In this document: piece by piece, positions 1 through 13,577 of the stretch
Layout: each line of letters opens with the position of its first letter
Numbering within the stretch: the first letter of the stretch is position 1
DNA from: Balanoglossus misakiensis
Taxonomy: Eukaryota > Animalia > Hemichordata
Assembly (NCBI GenBank): GCA_040954595.2
Contig: CM082584.2
Coordinates: 6,653,919-6,717,918, forward strand
Direction of reading: 5' to 3'
DNA length: 64,000 nt
Program-made: the position numbers and the translations under genes
The notes under the pieces: generated by a model
Seen by the model: the letters and a program-made list of their open reading frames with translations, nothing else
What the model was told of the DNA's origin: nothing
Databases searched by the model: none

Positions 1-221
1 ACCGCCAACCTCCGAAACCCTGATTGCATCTGATGGTTTTACCTAATGACTGATGCACCTTGTAATCAGCACCTATTTATCTCTATTCATCTTTATAGTG
101 ATATCCTCCGGAATCATTATCATGGCCATCATCACGATCCACACGCATAATAATACTCCCACATTTCAGCAACACTGTCGTACGTCTGCGTCAAATTACA
201 TGACCATAAAAGGCATTTATC
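1..221 (-). other. Candidate exon (5' UTR with uORFs, possible start MQSGFRRLA..) of an unidentified gene continuing left of the window
   Basis: Pyrimidine-rich minus-strand acceptor TTTTGTTTGTCCGTCAG ends at 222. An ATG at 27-29 opens a frame that runs off the window edge. A short uORF MRVDRDDGHDNDSGGYHYKDE* lies upstream of it. No homology recognised. Confidence 0.25.
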
Positions 222-547
222 CTGACGGACAAACAAAATTGTGAACTTTTCTTCAGTTAATTGGTCAAGACTTGCTTCCCGAATGTACGGTACAAACATT
301 TCAGGTCCATGTTGATCATAATGTTTTGCGTTATTTGAAAGTAACCAATATCTGAGGTTACTTGTTTCACATTATTGCTTTGTGCACTGCAGGACAGAAA
401 AGAGTCATTAGATTCAGACAGTAAACATTCCACATTAAACTGTGCCGTGTATTTTTGTCGGTGTCTCAGAATTTTTTTTCTATTCGGCCTGCATGGCTCA
501 GTATTGAATGCAGTATAAAGCATGATTTCTTGAAATCAATTACTACT

Positions 548-609
548 TGTAAAGAACCTTTCAGATAATTAGTCTAAATGTAAGGAACCTTTCAGATAAT
601 TAGTCTAAT
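548..609. repeat. 31-bp tandem duplication
   Basis: TGTAAAGAACCTTTCAGATAATTAGTCTAAA followed by TGTAAGGAACCTTTCAGATAATTAGTCTAAT. Confidence 0.9.
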
Positions 610-1549
610 TTTCAAAGCAGCCAGCCTCCCAGCAGTTAATTACCACCCAACCACTCAACAGCCAATTATCAGTAATCTAAAGCTATTTACGGATCAATTG
701 ACTATTGTAAACAGATAGGAACCTTCATTGGGTTACCTCAGCCCACTGCTCACAGCTGTTCTACAGTAATACTTCACTGGTAACAAATTTTTATTCAACC
801 TGCAGTAATTTTATGTAAGGTTGTGATTATGCAAGGAGATGCCGTTTTACAGTTGAACATGCATGTCACAGTAGATCGGTCCGAGACTGTCCCCAGGCAA
901 ATTCACAGCACCACTGAAACATTTTTTTACATTATGCAAACGGTACACTGCCTCCTTCCATTATGCTTTTGTTCTGTGACAATTATTTCTTGAATCTGAG
1001 CAGCACTTTCCCCCTTTATTAAAAAATTCAGTGGTTTGTGAAAATGCACAGTAATAACATGTTGCTGTTTGCAACCCTCTATAAGAACATGCCCCCGTCA
1101 GACATGCAGGACTGTGACAAGCCTATTAAGGGACTCATATTCAATGCAAGCCACAAGACAGGCACATGATGTTACCATGGGTTACATGTTCACAGGGAGA
1201 ATGCAAAATACTCTTTGAAAATATTTCCTGATTTGAAGTCTTCCCCACTTCGTCTGACTCTATGAATTTTCTGTTCTTGGAAACACCATGTGTATGGGAG
1301 CAATTTCACTATCTGACGCAACTATTAAAGGTATCATTTGATATTATAATTTGATTTTTTTTTCCTTCCATCATTGAATTGAGTGTGCATTTTTTGTACT
1401 TGCTCTACACTCTTAGAAAACCCCAAATTTCAGTTTGAATGTCATTCTTCAATATATCTTATCTACTGGTTAACACTGGGTTATGGCATGGCACAGTTCG
1501 AATCTGTCATAAACAATTCATGAAATAAAGTGGAACTCAACAGACTTTT

Positions 1550-1623
1550 ATGCAAATTATTAATGTCACTTGAATATTCATAAAAGATGCAAATTATTAA
1601 TATCAGTTGAATATTCATTAAAT
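1550..1623. repeat. 37-bp tandem duplication, each unit carrying an octamer ATGCAAAT
   Basis: ATGCAAATTATTAATGTCACTTGAATATTCATAAAAG followed by ATGCAAATTATTAATATCAGTTGAATATTCATTAAAT. Confidence 0.85.
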
Positions 1624-2619
1624 TTAACTGCTACTTGACAAATCTTACTCGGCCTGAATGCTAAATTATAAATTTCTATGCAATAAACGACAGATGCAAT
1701 TGAAAACTTCGTTCCCAAAATTGCATTTACGTCAAGAGGGGCTGTCAATCATCACTGTTCATAAATGTGTCGTATGAATTTGATCTTCCACGCTGCACGC
1801 AATGATATCAAAATCTGTTTCCATGGTAACGTGTACCACCCTCAATTTCAGGAAGAATGCCAAGAACAGAGAAACAAATAAATTGTTTTTTTTTTTCGCA
1901 AACTGATCCGAATTAACATATTTTTGTCAAAATCACTAGACCTGGTCTTAATTTAAAAAAACATCAAAAATAAATTAATGTTCTATATTCATGAAAATTC
2001 ATGCTGATTCTCTTAAAGTGGAATTCATTTTGACCTTGCTTGAAGTACACTCATGATTAAATGCATTCCTTTCATTTACCTAACAATATTATTCAGCCTT
2101 ATCCTATTTCTTTAATAATGGACTTCACTTTATAAGAGCATCCTGGACCTTCAGAGCAGAATTAAAAAACTAAAATACTGAATGACACTATTAAGGTGCC
2201 ATGGGTAATTAAAAAACATGTTCAGGGTAAACTAATTTCTTTGTAAAAGTGCAGGGGAAGGGGTAAAGCTGTATTTCAATTACTATGCAAATTCGCGCTA
2301 GTGCAGAATTTTCATGAGTGACAATCAAGTCACAATACGCATGACGCAGATATTGTTACGGCCAGTAAATATGGCAAATTGACAAAGACACACAATTTAA
2401 ATATACATGTATTGGTATTTTATTTTTCATTTGTTTGTTTGTTTGTGTGTGTGTGTGTGTGTGTATATACATGTACATGTATCTTCAGGGTGCAATTTTT
2501 TTGTCACAGACGGGGAGGGGCTTGCGTTTAAATGTTATTAGTTGCTCCCAAGTTTTAATTATCCCTGTCCGCTAAGAATTATCAGCTTATATGTAAAAGA
2601 ATACAATATGGCAAAATTA

Positions 2620-2622
<3 letters not shown>

Positions 2623-2662
<40 letters not shown>

Positions 2663-2667
2663 GGGGG

Positions 2668-2698
<31 letters not shown>

Positions 2699-2712
2699 GG
2701 CGGAGGGAGAGA
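2623..2712. repeat. (GA)n / poly-G microsatellite
   Basis: Direct reading; explains the RERERE ORF at 2542-2727. Confidence 0.95.
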
Positions 2713-3415
2713 GTTAAGCGAGAGTGAGTTAAGTGAGTGAGTTAAAAGATACAGAGTGTGAGTTAAGAACAAAAGAGTTTAAAGAGAAAGAGAGAGTCAG
2801 CAATGATAATGTACCTGCAGTAAACAACAGCAACACTGTTTTCCTTCGAAAACCTGTCTCCTGAATTGTATTTAAATTAAGAGTGTAAGTAGTGTAACCG
2901 ATTGTAAATCTGGAGTGAAAAGAGTAAGAGGACACGCTTCATTGCTTGTCAGCTGATTGCCGGACAATTTCGGCAAAGGTATCATGTTATCTCACTTGAA
3001 CTATTCAAGTTACAGTCCCCAGGAGAGCTGCAACCACCAGCCTTGTGCACATGCCTGGGTGGTGCGGGCCAATTCCGTCCAATTTGTCAGCATAAAGGAG
3101 AATGTTTAGAGAACTAGCTCTCCCGTGGGATGGGACGGAGCGAGTCTGGTAAAAAATCATGAAAGCTAACCTCAGGGTACAAGAAGCAAGCATTTGGTGA
3201 CTTAATTCTGACTGCTGTGAAACAGTCATGTTTCGCGGTTGTCTGACCGTTTTCACGCGCAGTGGTTCTCAAATTGATAATAAGAGTTACGTCATTCTTG
3301 TTTTCAGTTAACACTGCAAGAATCATGACTGCAGTGTTGCCAAAAACTTGCCTATTAATTAAGAGAAGAACTGTTTTACATGTAAAAGTGCCAAATGCAC
3401 ACAGTAATGATAGTA

Positions 3416-3592
3416 CAGTCAAACCTGTCTATAGTGACCAGTCAAGGGACTTTACCAAACTGGCCTTTATAGACAGGTGGTCTTTAGACAGGTTAATTTA
3501 TACACATGTAAATTGTACAGGGACTGTAACTAAGCGGCCACTATATAGAGGTGGTCACTATATAGAGGTGGTCACTAACACAGGTTTGACTG
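3416..3592. mobile_element. Tc1/mariner-superfamily (pogo/Tigger-like) MITE
   Basis: TIRs CAGTCAAACCTGT...ACAGGTTTGACTG with TA on both sides (3414-3415 and 3593-3594); internal subterminal repeats CACTATATAGAGGTGGT. Confidence 0.85.
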
Positions 3593-5708
3593 TACAATGT
3601 ATTAAATCTTATTCAAATAACGTTAGATTTGTTTTCAAATCATGAAGACATCAGAATGATATACAAATTGAGGCTTCGCATTGTCATATATCACTATTGT
3701 TGGAATGCAGACCTTTTCACAATTTGTAGTTTGTTGTTCAGCGCAACTTCCGAAAGCCACCGGGCAATTGCGGTCAGAAAAACATTCCTGTCATTTTTAT
3801 GGTCAATGATGCCGGTCCTGATGTGTCGCTTTCGGTATTTCTCGGTACGCGATACCCGTAATCAGATTAAACAATGAGTGTGAATGTCTCAATTTTGCCG
3901 AAATTCTCGGAAAGGTCTCCACTGTGTAAAGATTTTATAATAAATTGTGCATGGTATGGATTATGTGCATGTGTGGTCATTTTACTTTGTCTAAACTTCT
4001 TTAGGACTTGGATTATCTCTCAAATGATCTTGATCATGAGGGAGTTTCTGCTGAAAGTCATGCATACATCACATTTGAGTCTTCCATGCTACTGAACATG
4101 AAGTGACTTGTAACATGATCGCAAGGAGCTACAATGCGAAAACATTTCCCAAATTCACAGTACATATTTGTTATAGCATGAATACACAGTTTAATGGCTG
4201 GATACAGCAGCCACTTACTGGGGTCTGAGTCTTCAATGCTCATCGCCTGAAATGCATACCCAACAACTGTTTTCTATCTCAACAAACTACCACCCACATT
4301 AAAATAATCTTAGCAGCTGTTTAAACTAACAACAGCCTGCCCTTGCCCTCACTCTAAAAACAAAAAATTACAGAAAATAACGATTTATCTAAATTTGTAT
4401 TATTTGAGTAATGGAGCTTTTGTTTTTTTAAATTAACTTGTAGGTTGCTGTCCGTAATGAGATGTGGCCCTGGCAATTCCCAGCCAGTTCATGATAATGT
4501 TCACCTATAGTAGCTTAAACTATCGTCTAGGACCAATTGTCGAGTTACGCTATGATGAATGATACAGATGACTGCTGCAAAAGCTAGTCATTTGTCATCC
4601 AATTTGTACAAAGTAGACTATGAAAATGTAATCATCAATAATAGCTAAATGATCAGTTGACATGGCATTTTAGTTCGAGAGATTTCCATGTAACATATTT
4701 CATGCATGAAAGGCATGCCTATGTAATGCCATTCAACATGAAAACTGAATGATTTTTAAAAGCATTACAAGTGACTGTTTCAGACCACAAGTGTCTAAAA
4801 ATAAAATAGAAGGCTTTCATAAACAAAACGTGTGAAATTATCATCGAGTTCTGAAGAGTATATTGTAAGGCTATCATATGTGTTTGTATGTATACGTATT
4901 GAGTGCCGGGTTTCTGTGAAGTCTTGGAATGTTATTATATACATGCGTCATTTTATAAAGCAGTCTTGGTAATACTTACTTTGCAAAATATAATAACAGG
5001 GCTGGTAATACCACACTGTTGACGAAACTTCAATCATTTCACAACTGTTAAATTTGAAGTCACTTTTGCAGAAGATTTTGTTTGTTTTTCTACTCTGGTG
5101 AAACTTAATAACTGACCCTGACACACTTTAGAAAGTTTGAAAAGTTGAAAAACAAAGTTTATTATTTTTTTTTACTTTATTTGTATATTTTCTGTATCTC
5201 ACAAAATACCATTGCATAATATTTCATGAGCATATGCAACATTTTCATAAAAAGTTGCATATATGCTGAATGTTTGCTATATTCACATCAATATTTACGT
5301 CACGCTTTTTGGACATTTGTTACAGCGATGATAAACATGTCTGACGATTCCTGAACATTTGTTCAACTTAACATGATGAGTTGAATCGCAGTTTGCATTT
5401 TGCAGGTACGCATGTGGCAGTCCCAATACAAACAATATTTATTTTTCAGTGGCATGATAAACACATTTGTCAAAGTCTATGTCAACATCTCCATGCAGAT
5501 ACTGTCAAATCTACCAAATTTTTACTTCCAAGGTCAAAGACAACTTCTAAAGGTCACCAATTGCCCAGAATTCACTACGGAACACTTAGATTATCTGCTT
5601 TCTTTTAATTGGGGGGGGGGGGGGGGGGGGTAGTTTAACATTTTAACATATAACATAGCTCAATTGAAGATGCAAAAGTTCTACAGAAGGAATCGTTAAA
5701 ATCAAATC

Positions 5709-5754
5709 ATGATGATGATGATGATGATGATTATCATAATATTAATGATGATGC

Positions 5755-5800
<46 letters not shown>

Positions 5801-5843
5801 CGACGACGACGACGATGATGATGTCATCATCATTATCATCATC
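5709..5843. repeat. (GAT)n/(GAC)n followed by (CAT)n microsatellite
   Basis: Direct reading. Confidence 0.95.
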
Positions 5844-6558
5844 AAATTTCACTCCTGATATTTTAGGATTTTATAGTTAAATACTCAGGAAAGCTTAGTT
5901 ATTAAGAATCTTCCAGTCTATTTTTCCCTGAAAAATATAAAAAGGCAGGAATTAGTCTGATAAAGATCTCCAACAGAAACAGCCTCTGGGCATCACTGAT
6001 ATCTTCCGCAATTTAGATTCAAAATTGCCCTCTCCTCCTTGGATGGCTAATAAACCTTGCCTGCAGTCCCATATGACACCAAGCAATAAAATGTTCAGTT
6101 GTCAAGGATTTTCTGGGTTTAAAGCTTTCCTTTGATCTTTTAATGACCATTTCTCATCCTCCACGAGCTGTCAAAATTTCTCCATTCATAAAAATGAAGC
6201 ATTCAGCAGTTTTTTTACTGACGCTTATTTTTCTGCTAAATGCAAAGAAACTACACTGTACCAGGATATGCTGTTTGAGAAAAAAAACACCATTTCAAGT
6301 ATATACCCCCTTTGAAAGATATACAACTAGATTACATTTTTCAAAACCAGCTGCCACACTATCACGCTGGATTATCATTATATCATTTCAACGAATATGT
6401 TTTGCAGTAAATTGAGCTTTTCAGTTCAGTTCATGTGCTCATGCAAATCAATAACTGGCACAGTTAAAATGAAAAAGAGACCCACATAGAAGCTCCCTGA
6501 AAAGTCTGGCATGCATGACTGCTGCATGATGGGTATTTCAATTTTTCATGGAAACTTA

Positions 6559-6758
6559 GGGGAGAACCAATTGACTTTGGGAGGGGGGTGGAGGCTACTT
6601 TTTTCAGCTATATTCATTTTCAATTGCCAGTCCATCTTTTTCGTTAAGGCACTGCAGAAGAAAATATTTTTTCCTCCACTTCTTCTGCCATCAATTCCCC
6701 CCCCCCCCCCAAAGTTTCTCCAATAGACCCCCCCTACAGATTTCAAATGGTTCTTCCC
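6559..6758. mobile_element. PIF/Harbinger-like MITE
   Basis: Imperfect TIRs GGGGAGAACCAATTGA...TCAAATGGTTCTTCCC with TTA on both sides (6556-6558 and 6759-6761) and poly-G/poly-C subtermini. Same family as 29746-29937. Confidence 0.75.
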
Positions 6759-9700
6759 TTAGCGACTGACAAAATTCACGCTTTCATCCTCTCTTCCGGA
6801 GCTCAGAAAAATATGCGTGCTGTACTACAAATGCTACATCTCCTCAAAATAAATTTACGATCGCACGAAACCTTGAATCCAGAAGTAATTCATGGGTCCA
6901 GGTCTCGGGTTAAGTATGCCAATATAGAGTGGCCTGAAATTACCAGGATTGAAGTTGATCAACCTGCACGGTACGAACTTCTTGACGAGACAAGTACATT
7001 GCCGGGGGTCCCTGGACAGAGCGTTTTCTGTATGTACAGAGCAATCTTTATTGCGCCCGGTGGGCCAGCTGTATCAAGTAGCAGTATACGTGTAGCGGCA
7101 GATATACTTCACCCTGTTTCGCGCACGCACACTACGGGTGTACCTTACACACTTCACACCACAAAAAACAGTCGGATCTCGGCCAAAGCAAACAATATAC
7201 ACTGCTATTTGCGCACCCTCTGGGCTGCAGGTGTCAAACGTGAAAAGAGAAACCCATTTAGTCTTGATCCATGCCACACAGTAACACGGCTGTACTCGAA
7301 TTCAACAGCAAACTTCAGTACGGTGTCAGCTTAACTGCTACGGTTTCCTGCCTTTACCACCGGAGGCATGCCGAATGATATAGCCTGCAAAAACTCGCTG
7401 CACGCAGACTGCAAAATCGTTAATCACCCTGGAGACCAATTTAGGACACTGCCGATTCTAGCATAAAAGTGCCTTGGCTCTTTAACGCTGACAAGAAATA
7501 GATAAAAAGACTCCACAAATTTACGGGCAGACCCCTCATGCATATTCATTCGTTCGACATTCTATACACACTCAACTTTTCAAACCGTTCACCTCACGCG
7601 GAGAGTCAAGCTTCATCGGATTACTAAAACCTGAAACTATTACAAACTGTCAAACAAAGACGAGGGGTGTACATGATACACTGGTGTTGACAGACCGCTG
7701 TTGACTGCAGCCCATGCTTTCTATGGGCAGATGTGTGTGTTTTGTTTTATCATATCCTAGCAAAATCATGTGATTTAATTGCGTGATTTGATCAGTTAAG
7801 ACTCGACATGTAGCCACTTGCTTGTAACAAGCTTCGCCGACCCTCTACGTGTCAAATCGCAGCAAATGATATACTGTTTGACATATTGAATTTTATAGAC
7901 TAATTTTCTTCAGTATTCAGATTTCATAGTTTCTTTGACTGGATAATTTGTGAACTTTAATACAGCTTCTCCAAGTGTAGGTTTTGAAGATTCTGCATTT
8001 CAGTCAATCAACAGAAGCCTCAAAAATGAAAAAGGTTCAACTATCATATGGCTTACTTTTCTCACAGCTAGTTGCCCTACTTTTTTAAAGGGACCACTGT
8101 TTCGCTTGACTCCTGAACCCTGGCAGAAAATAAAGAAGAAAAAAACAGTGGATTCTCATAAAAACTCCAGCCAGACCTGTTTTACGAGCCATGTGGTCAC
8201 TTCAGACTTGTGTCCGCTTTCGCTCAAGAATCGCCCAAAACAAACTGGTTAATTCTTTGTGTTGGTTTCTTACAAAGCATCTCTGTGGTTTACGAGGGAG
8301 CAAACACAACCCGTTTTCTTGCCACGTAAAAACAAAATAAAAACACATAAATTCACCGGACAACATGTCAACATCATGGGCTATAAATTCCTTCCCATGT
8401 GCTACAGTCATCGTCCGCTCGCAAGGGCCGTTAGCTCGAGACTAGTCTCCCTGACCTTGGCAGGCGAAGATGTCAAATAATATGATTAAAGGGGTTGGAG
8501 TAGACTTAATCTTGATTAATGCTTATTTTCACAACTGCACAGTCACCCTCAACCCGGGCATAATATCACAGAGATACATGGAACCCATTGAGTATCCATT
8601 TAATTTTCACCAATCTCACAATGGCTGTAGAATCACTCAAAAAAAAGAATCGATTGGTATACCTAGACTCTTGGAGACTGAGATACCAGTAGGTCTATCA
8701 ATTCCTGAACTGATTTAATAAAGTTTAATGTGATGCCATCAATACCACTGTGATTTCAGTATCACAATAAAACAGAAACCCTTCTTGTTTTACCATGAGT
8801 GTCAATCGTATCTTCATTTAACGGCCAGGGAAAAGCATGTCCGCAGTGTTCGGAGCTCAGAAAATCACAGATCCAAAACTTCAAGTAGGAATAAGTTACA
8901 ACACGCAGAATACACCGAGACAGCCTGTCTGCCGTGTTCAGAATAGAAAATATTTTAAGGAGTCATGCTCAATAAAAACCACAGGGCAGTAACTTCGAGT
9001 GTCCCGACATAAAGCCCCGGAACACAATGGAAGTCGACCACTGAGGGGGAATTACAGCCGGATCGACTACAAAAACCTGTGAAATTTCTCATCAGTGTTT
9101 AATAAATGGAGGCAATGGCCGAGTGGACAGCAGATCTGTGTTCAGGAAGCTGCTAATGTATTCTCAAACAAATAACATATTATACAGGGATTACTAAATG
9201 ACCACCTTTTCGCACCTTTGACCCTGTTATCGGACATGGCGAACTGTTATGAATTTATGGTTTCACGTGAATGACGTGCCACCTCTATAGCGTAGTGGGT
9301 CATTCGGGTAGGGGTCCACCCAGATGCAGGGCATGGTTATCTCAATAGGCTAACATGTAGAATTTGAGAAAATACTTCCAAAATTGTCATTCTCTTGAAC
9401 TTTTCACAAACCGTGCAAGAAGGGAGAAGGGAGCCTTTAATAAATGATATAAAGAAAACACTGAATGTCTGTTAGAGCTGTTCAGATATTTTCAATATAG
9501 GAAAACTCTAGCATGAGGATGTAAGAAAAATGCTGACTCAGCATTTTACCCCATGAAAGGGGGGGGGGGGTTAGCAAATCAAAAGAAAGCTGCATGAAAA
9601 CATTTTTTTCTGAGTCATATTTAGAAATAAACCTTGATTTGGTCATAATGATCACCTGCCATAGGAAAGGTAATGAAATCACTGAACAGTGTCTAAAAAT

Positions 9701-12700
9701 AGCAGAATGTGTGGGTCACTCAGCAAAGCATGCTGGGAATTAAACTTGTTATTGAAAGGAGATACATGTACATCCAATCAAGTGCCCAATAAGACACAGA
9801 GAAAAGTCCCTGATGCTTGGAATGTTAATTTACAATTAATGAGCTGCTGTCCTCGGTTAATTCACTTCCAACGTCATTAAATGTTTGCAATGTTTAACGC
9901 TAACCAAAAACTTTTGATGACAATATAGAGTATGATAGGTTCGCATAGTGATCCTTGATCAAAAACTGCCATCATGTCATTTGATTTTTTCAAAAGTTGA
10001 TATCCGCTCAGAAAAAGTTTATTTTCACTCATTTTATAAGTGATATGTACTTTCCATCACCTTGTCTATATTTTTAATGTCATCGTTTATAGTAACCATA
10101 GAAACAAAGGACAGCCCATCCTGCTACTCAAACAACTAGAACAACATATAAGGTGAAGTCAACAGTAAGTTAACTGGTAAAACTCACAGCTGATGTGCTG
10201 TATGCTGAATGAGTATACTGTATGCACACACCAATGCATTGCCACTGGGCTGGTTTTGGTTGTACCTGTATCTGCAAGGGCTGTCTGAATGCACTGATTG
10301 CATAATTAGCTCTGGAGTAAACATGCAATTACTTGGTAAATGTGTGTTTATACTGTGGGCATGCCCTCAACATCTGTGTTTTGAATGCAATGCTCAATGC
10401 ATAATTGGAAATCACCTGCAAGGTACAGAGCTAATTTGAAATAAACTGGCATTGTACAAAATGTACATTGTCTTGAATAAGCAATGAATAAGATTTTTTT
10501 TATAATTTTAAAGCAGCTAGTCAAACATACAGGATTTGTATATTCCAAATACTAATCCAGGTACTGCAGCATGTTCTAAAACATTCACCTTTGAGTATAT
10601 TTCACTTTGTACAGAAACGATACGTTCAAAGTATAAACAACTTTTGGGATCACCACGCCCACTCAGTATTCACTAATTTCTTTTTGCAATACAGCAGTGT
10701 GGGTGGCTTCAATTATGGCTGAAGTACTTCAATTAACATGACAACGATTCCTTTGTTTTCCAGATTAACATATGAACCCACTTCCTTCAAAGGAGGCAGG
10801 TGGATTTGCCAGGAAGTGTGTGTTCTGCTCCAGATCTGTCCTTCGAAAGTGTTCTTTATTTTTGTGCAAAAAAACAGAGAAAGGACAAACTCTTCACTGA
10901 CTGACATCCAGTTTTAAGGGTGTCAGTATACATTTGAATTCCATGATGTCAGTTTTAAAATAAAATAGTGCGAAACATCTCGTTCATTTAAAGAATACAA
11001 TCCCTGCTAAATTTGCATAAGCCCAAATATGGTCAAAAGGGCGTGTCTATCATCATCATCATCATCATCGTTTTCATTATCTACATCAAGTCGCGTTCTG
11101 GGCAGTACGATTAGAAATTGCCTCATTATATCTTCTAAGCACATTCAGACACGCACATTCAGGGTTATTACAGGGTGAAGTGTTTGACAAGGCCATTCTT
11201 GTTAAATGGCTTGTTCGGCCATGACATTCTCCGGGTCGCAACACAGGAAAAACACCGGTAGCAGATGAGATGAAAACGCAAAATGATTGACTGAAACTCC
11301 CCCCGTACACTGCCCGCAGTGGTTTTCTCCGTCGGACTGATTGCTAATACAAGTACTACGCGTCGTGAATGTTGTTGGCGTGCTGGGTTCTAGAGGCTAA
11401 AAAAACAAGCTGATAGCGATACACGCAAACCCCTTCTCATCCGATACACGCCTTCCGGGCTGCGAGCGTGACGCTTTTCGGGGCACCCGGCCCCGGTCCA
11501 ACATTAACAACAGCGCACTGTCAGCCGGGGCAGTCGACGCGCATAAAAGTTGTTGTTTTAGCAAAGTGCGCTCTTTGCGCGACTTACTAAGGTTAAAAAA
11601 AACGCGAACAAAAGCGAACTGCAGACGGAAACCAACGTCAAATTATGATGTTACATGCACCCGTGTCCATTTCAGAATTACCAACGTGTTTTTAGCGCTT
11701 GTGGGCCCGGCTTGTGGAAAGACTGATTTAAAGGGCCATCGCGTTACTCATTACTGCCGTAGTCATGGCAAAATCTCGGAGTTCAAATACTTGAACATAA
11801 AATAAATCATGTTCAAACTAGATGTGGCCGTTCGCCAAAACCGTCTGGGGGTCAACCGAATGCCGGAGACTCGCCAAGTTCACGTGAGCGGTTTTTTCAG
11901 TGAAATTTTATGGACTACAAGACGCATCACTATCGTTTAATCCGTCGTTTGCCGGGAGAATAGAACTGTTCAATACAAGCGCGTCGACGCGCCGCATGCA
12001 ACATACACGCACACGCGGTTGCCGGTGTACAGTGGCAATTTCTTGTGTGCGGCACTCAGATCAGCAAAGATTTCGCACATTCCCCCCAAGTTTGATCACT
12101 TAAAACTGAGGTAGATAGCCTTCAATAAAAATCCCCGTTTCCGTACCCATACTATTTCTGCGAAGGATGGAGAATACGGCGAGAAACACTGTTCCGAAGT
12201 CGTTTACGCGTAAGCGAGGTGGCAGACGAACTAAAAGTTCCCTCTCAAAACTCAGTGGGCGATCGAGCTGAGTTCGAACGAAATAACTCGGGCAAAAAGA
12301 AACTGCGGTCAAAAAACGTCAAGTGAACCTACCACAGATAAACACCGAATATCCAGCTCACATCGTGTTGATCTTTTCACATGTCTTCACGAGCGAACGA
12401 GTCGACAACAGCAAACACGGCGCGGCTAATATTCCCAGGCCAGGCATTGTACGTAGTAGAGTCGACTGCTGCAGTGTGATGTATGTTTCAGACGGTTTCC
12501 GCAAACTGTCTTCTTGGCCCCCCTATGTGATCGGAGAAAATCAAAGGAGATTGTTGCCCTGTGCCGACGCTGAGGCGTCAGTCTCGATGTGGACGTTTCA
12601 GTTCGTGCACGTCAGATGACGTTATTTCACGGTCAACAGTGTTGAAAAATTAATGAAATCAAGACAAACAGTCTGTTCAGTTCTCTCACTCGAGAGCCAG

Positions 12701-13343
12701 TATTGCCGGAGGCGTACCCACCGTATCAATCACAACTTTTTTACATAACTGTAATTTAAAAGAAAAGGGGGAAAAATGGAACGCATAGTTTTCTTATATA
12801 AGAAGCCAGCCTACGTCATCATGATTAATATAATAATTGAAAACGTAAACATGACATTTCCATCTTTCCGTGTGCCGCGTGGGAAAGCGATGATGATGTG
12901 GTCATGTGATCCCAAGGGACTGAATATACGTGATTAATTTCTCTCTTTTAATTGTTCCTGTATTACGCCCGCAAATATTCTATTTCCGTTTGATCTTTCC
13001 ATTTCTATCCCTTCGGAAATTACGAATTCTTGTGTGTGCGTCTCGGCAGTTACGTTGAGAGACAGGGGGCTATATGCAAGTTAATTTTTAAACGCGGCTA
13101 TAATTTTTGATGTCGTGGACACGAACATCATTCTAACGAGGCGGGGTTTGTAACCGTCTGCCCAGTGGGGATTGGGAGTCGGTACGGGGGGGGGGGCACG
13201 CATTTGAGAGCAACTTTTGCGGGTGAGTGGTTGCTATCCGTACCCATCATGTTCACCGGGGGTTCTTAAATATTCATGTAAATGCATGCGAAGAAGTGAA
13301 TGGCAAAAAATTCCCTCAACAACGTCAACATTCAACCATTCTG

Positions 13344-13577
<234 letters not shown>

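Noticed and set aside
3538-3580. Short direct repeats superficially resembling a CRISPR array
   Set aside because: They have no spacers and are subterminal repeats of a MITE in a eukaryotic genome.
6747-7334. 195-aa ORF
   Set aside because: Its ATG lies inside a MITE terminal repeat and no motif is recognisable.
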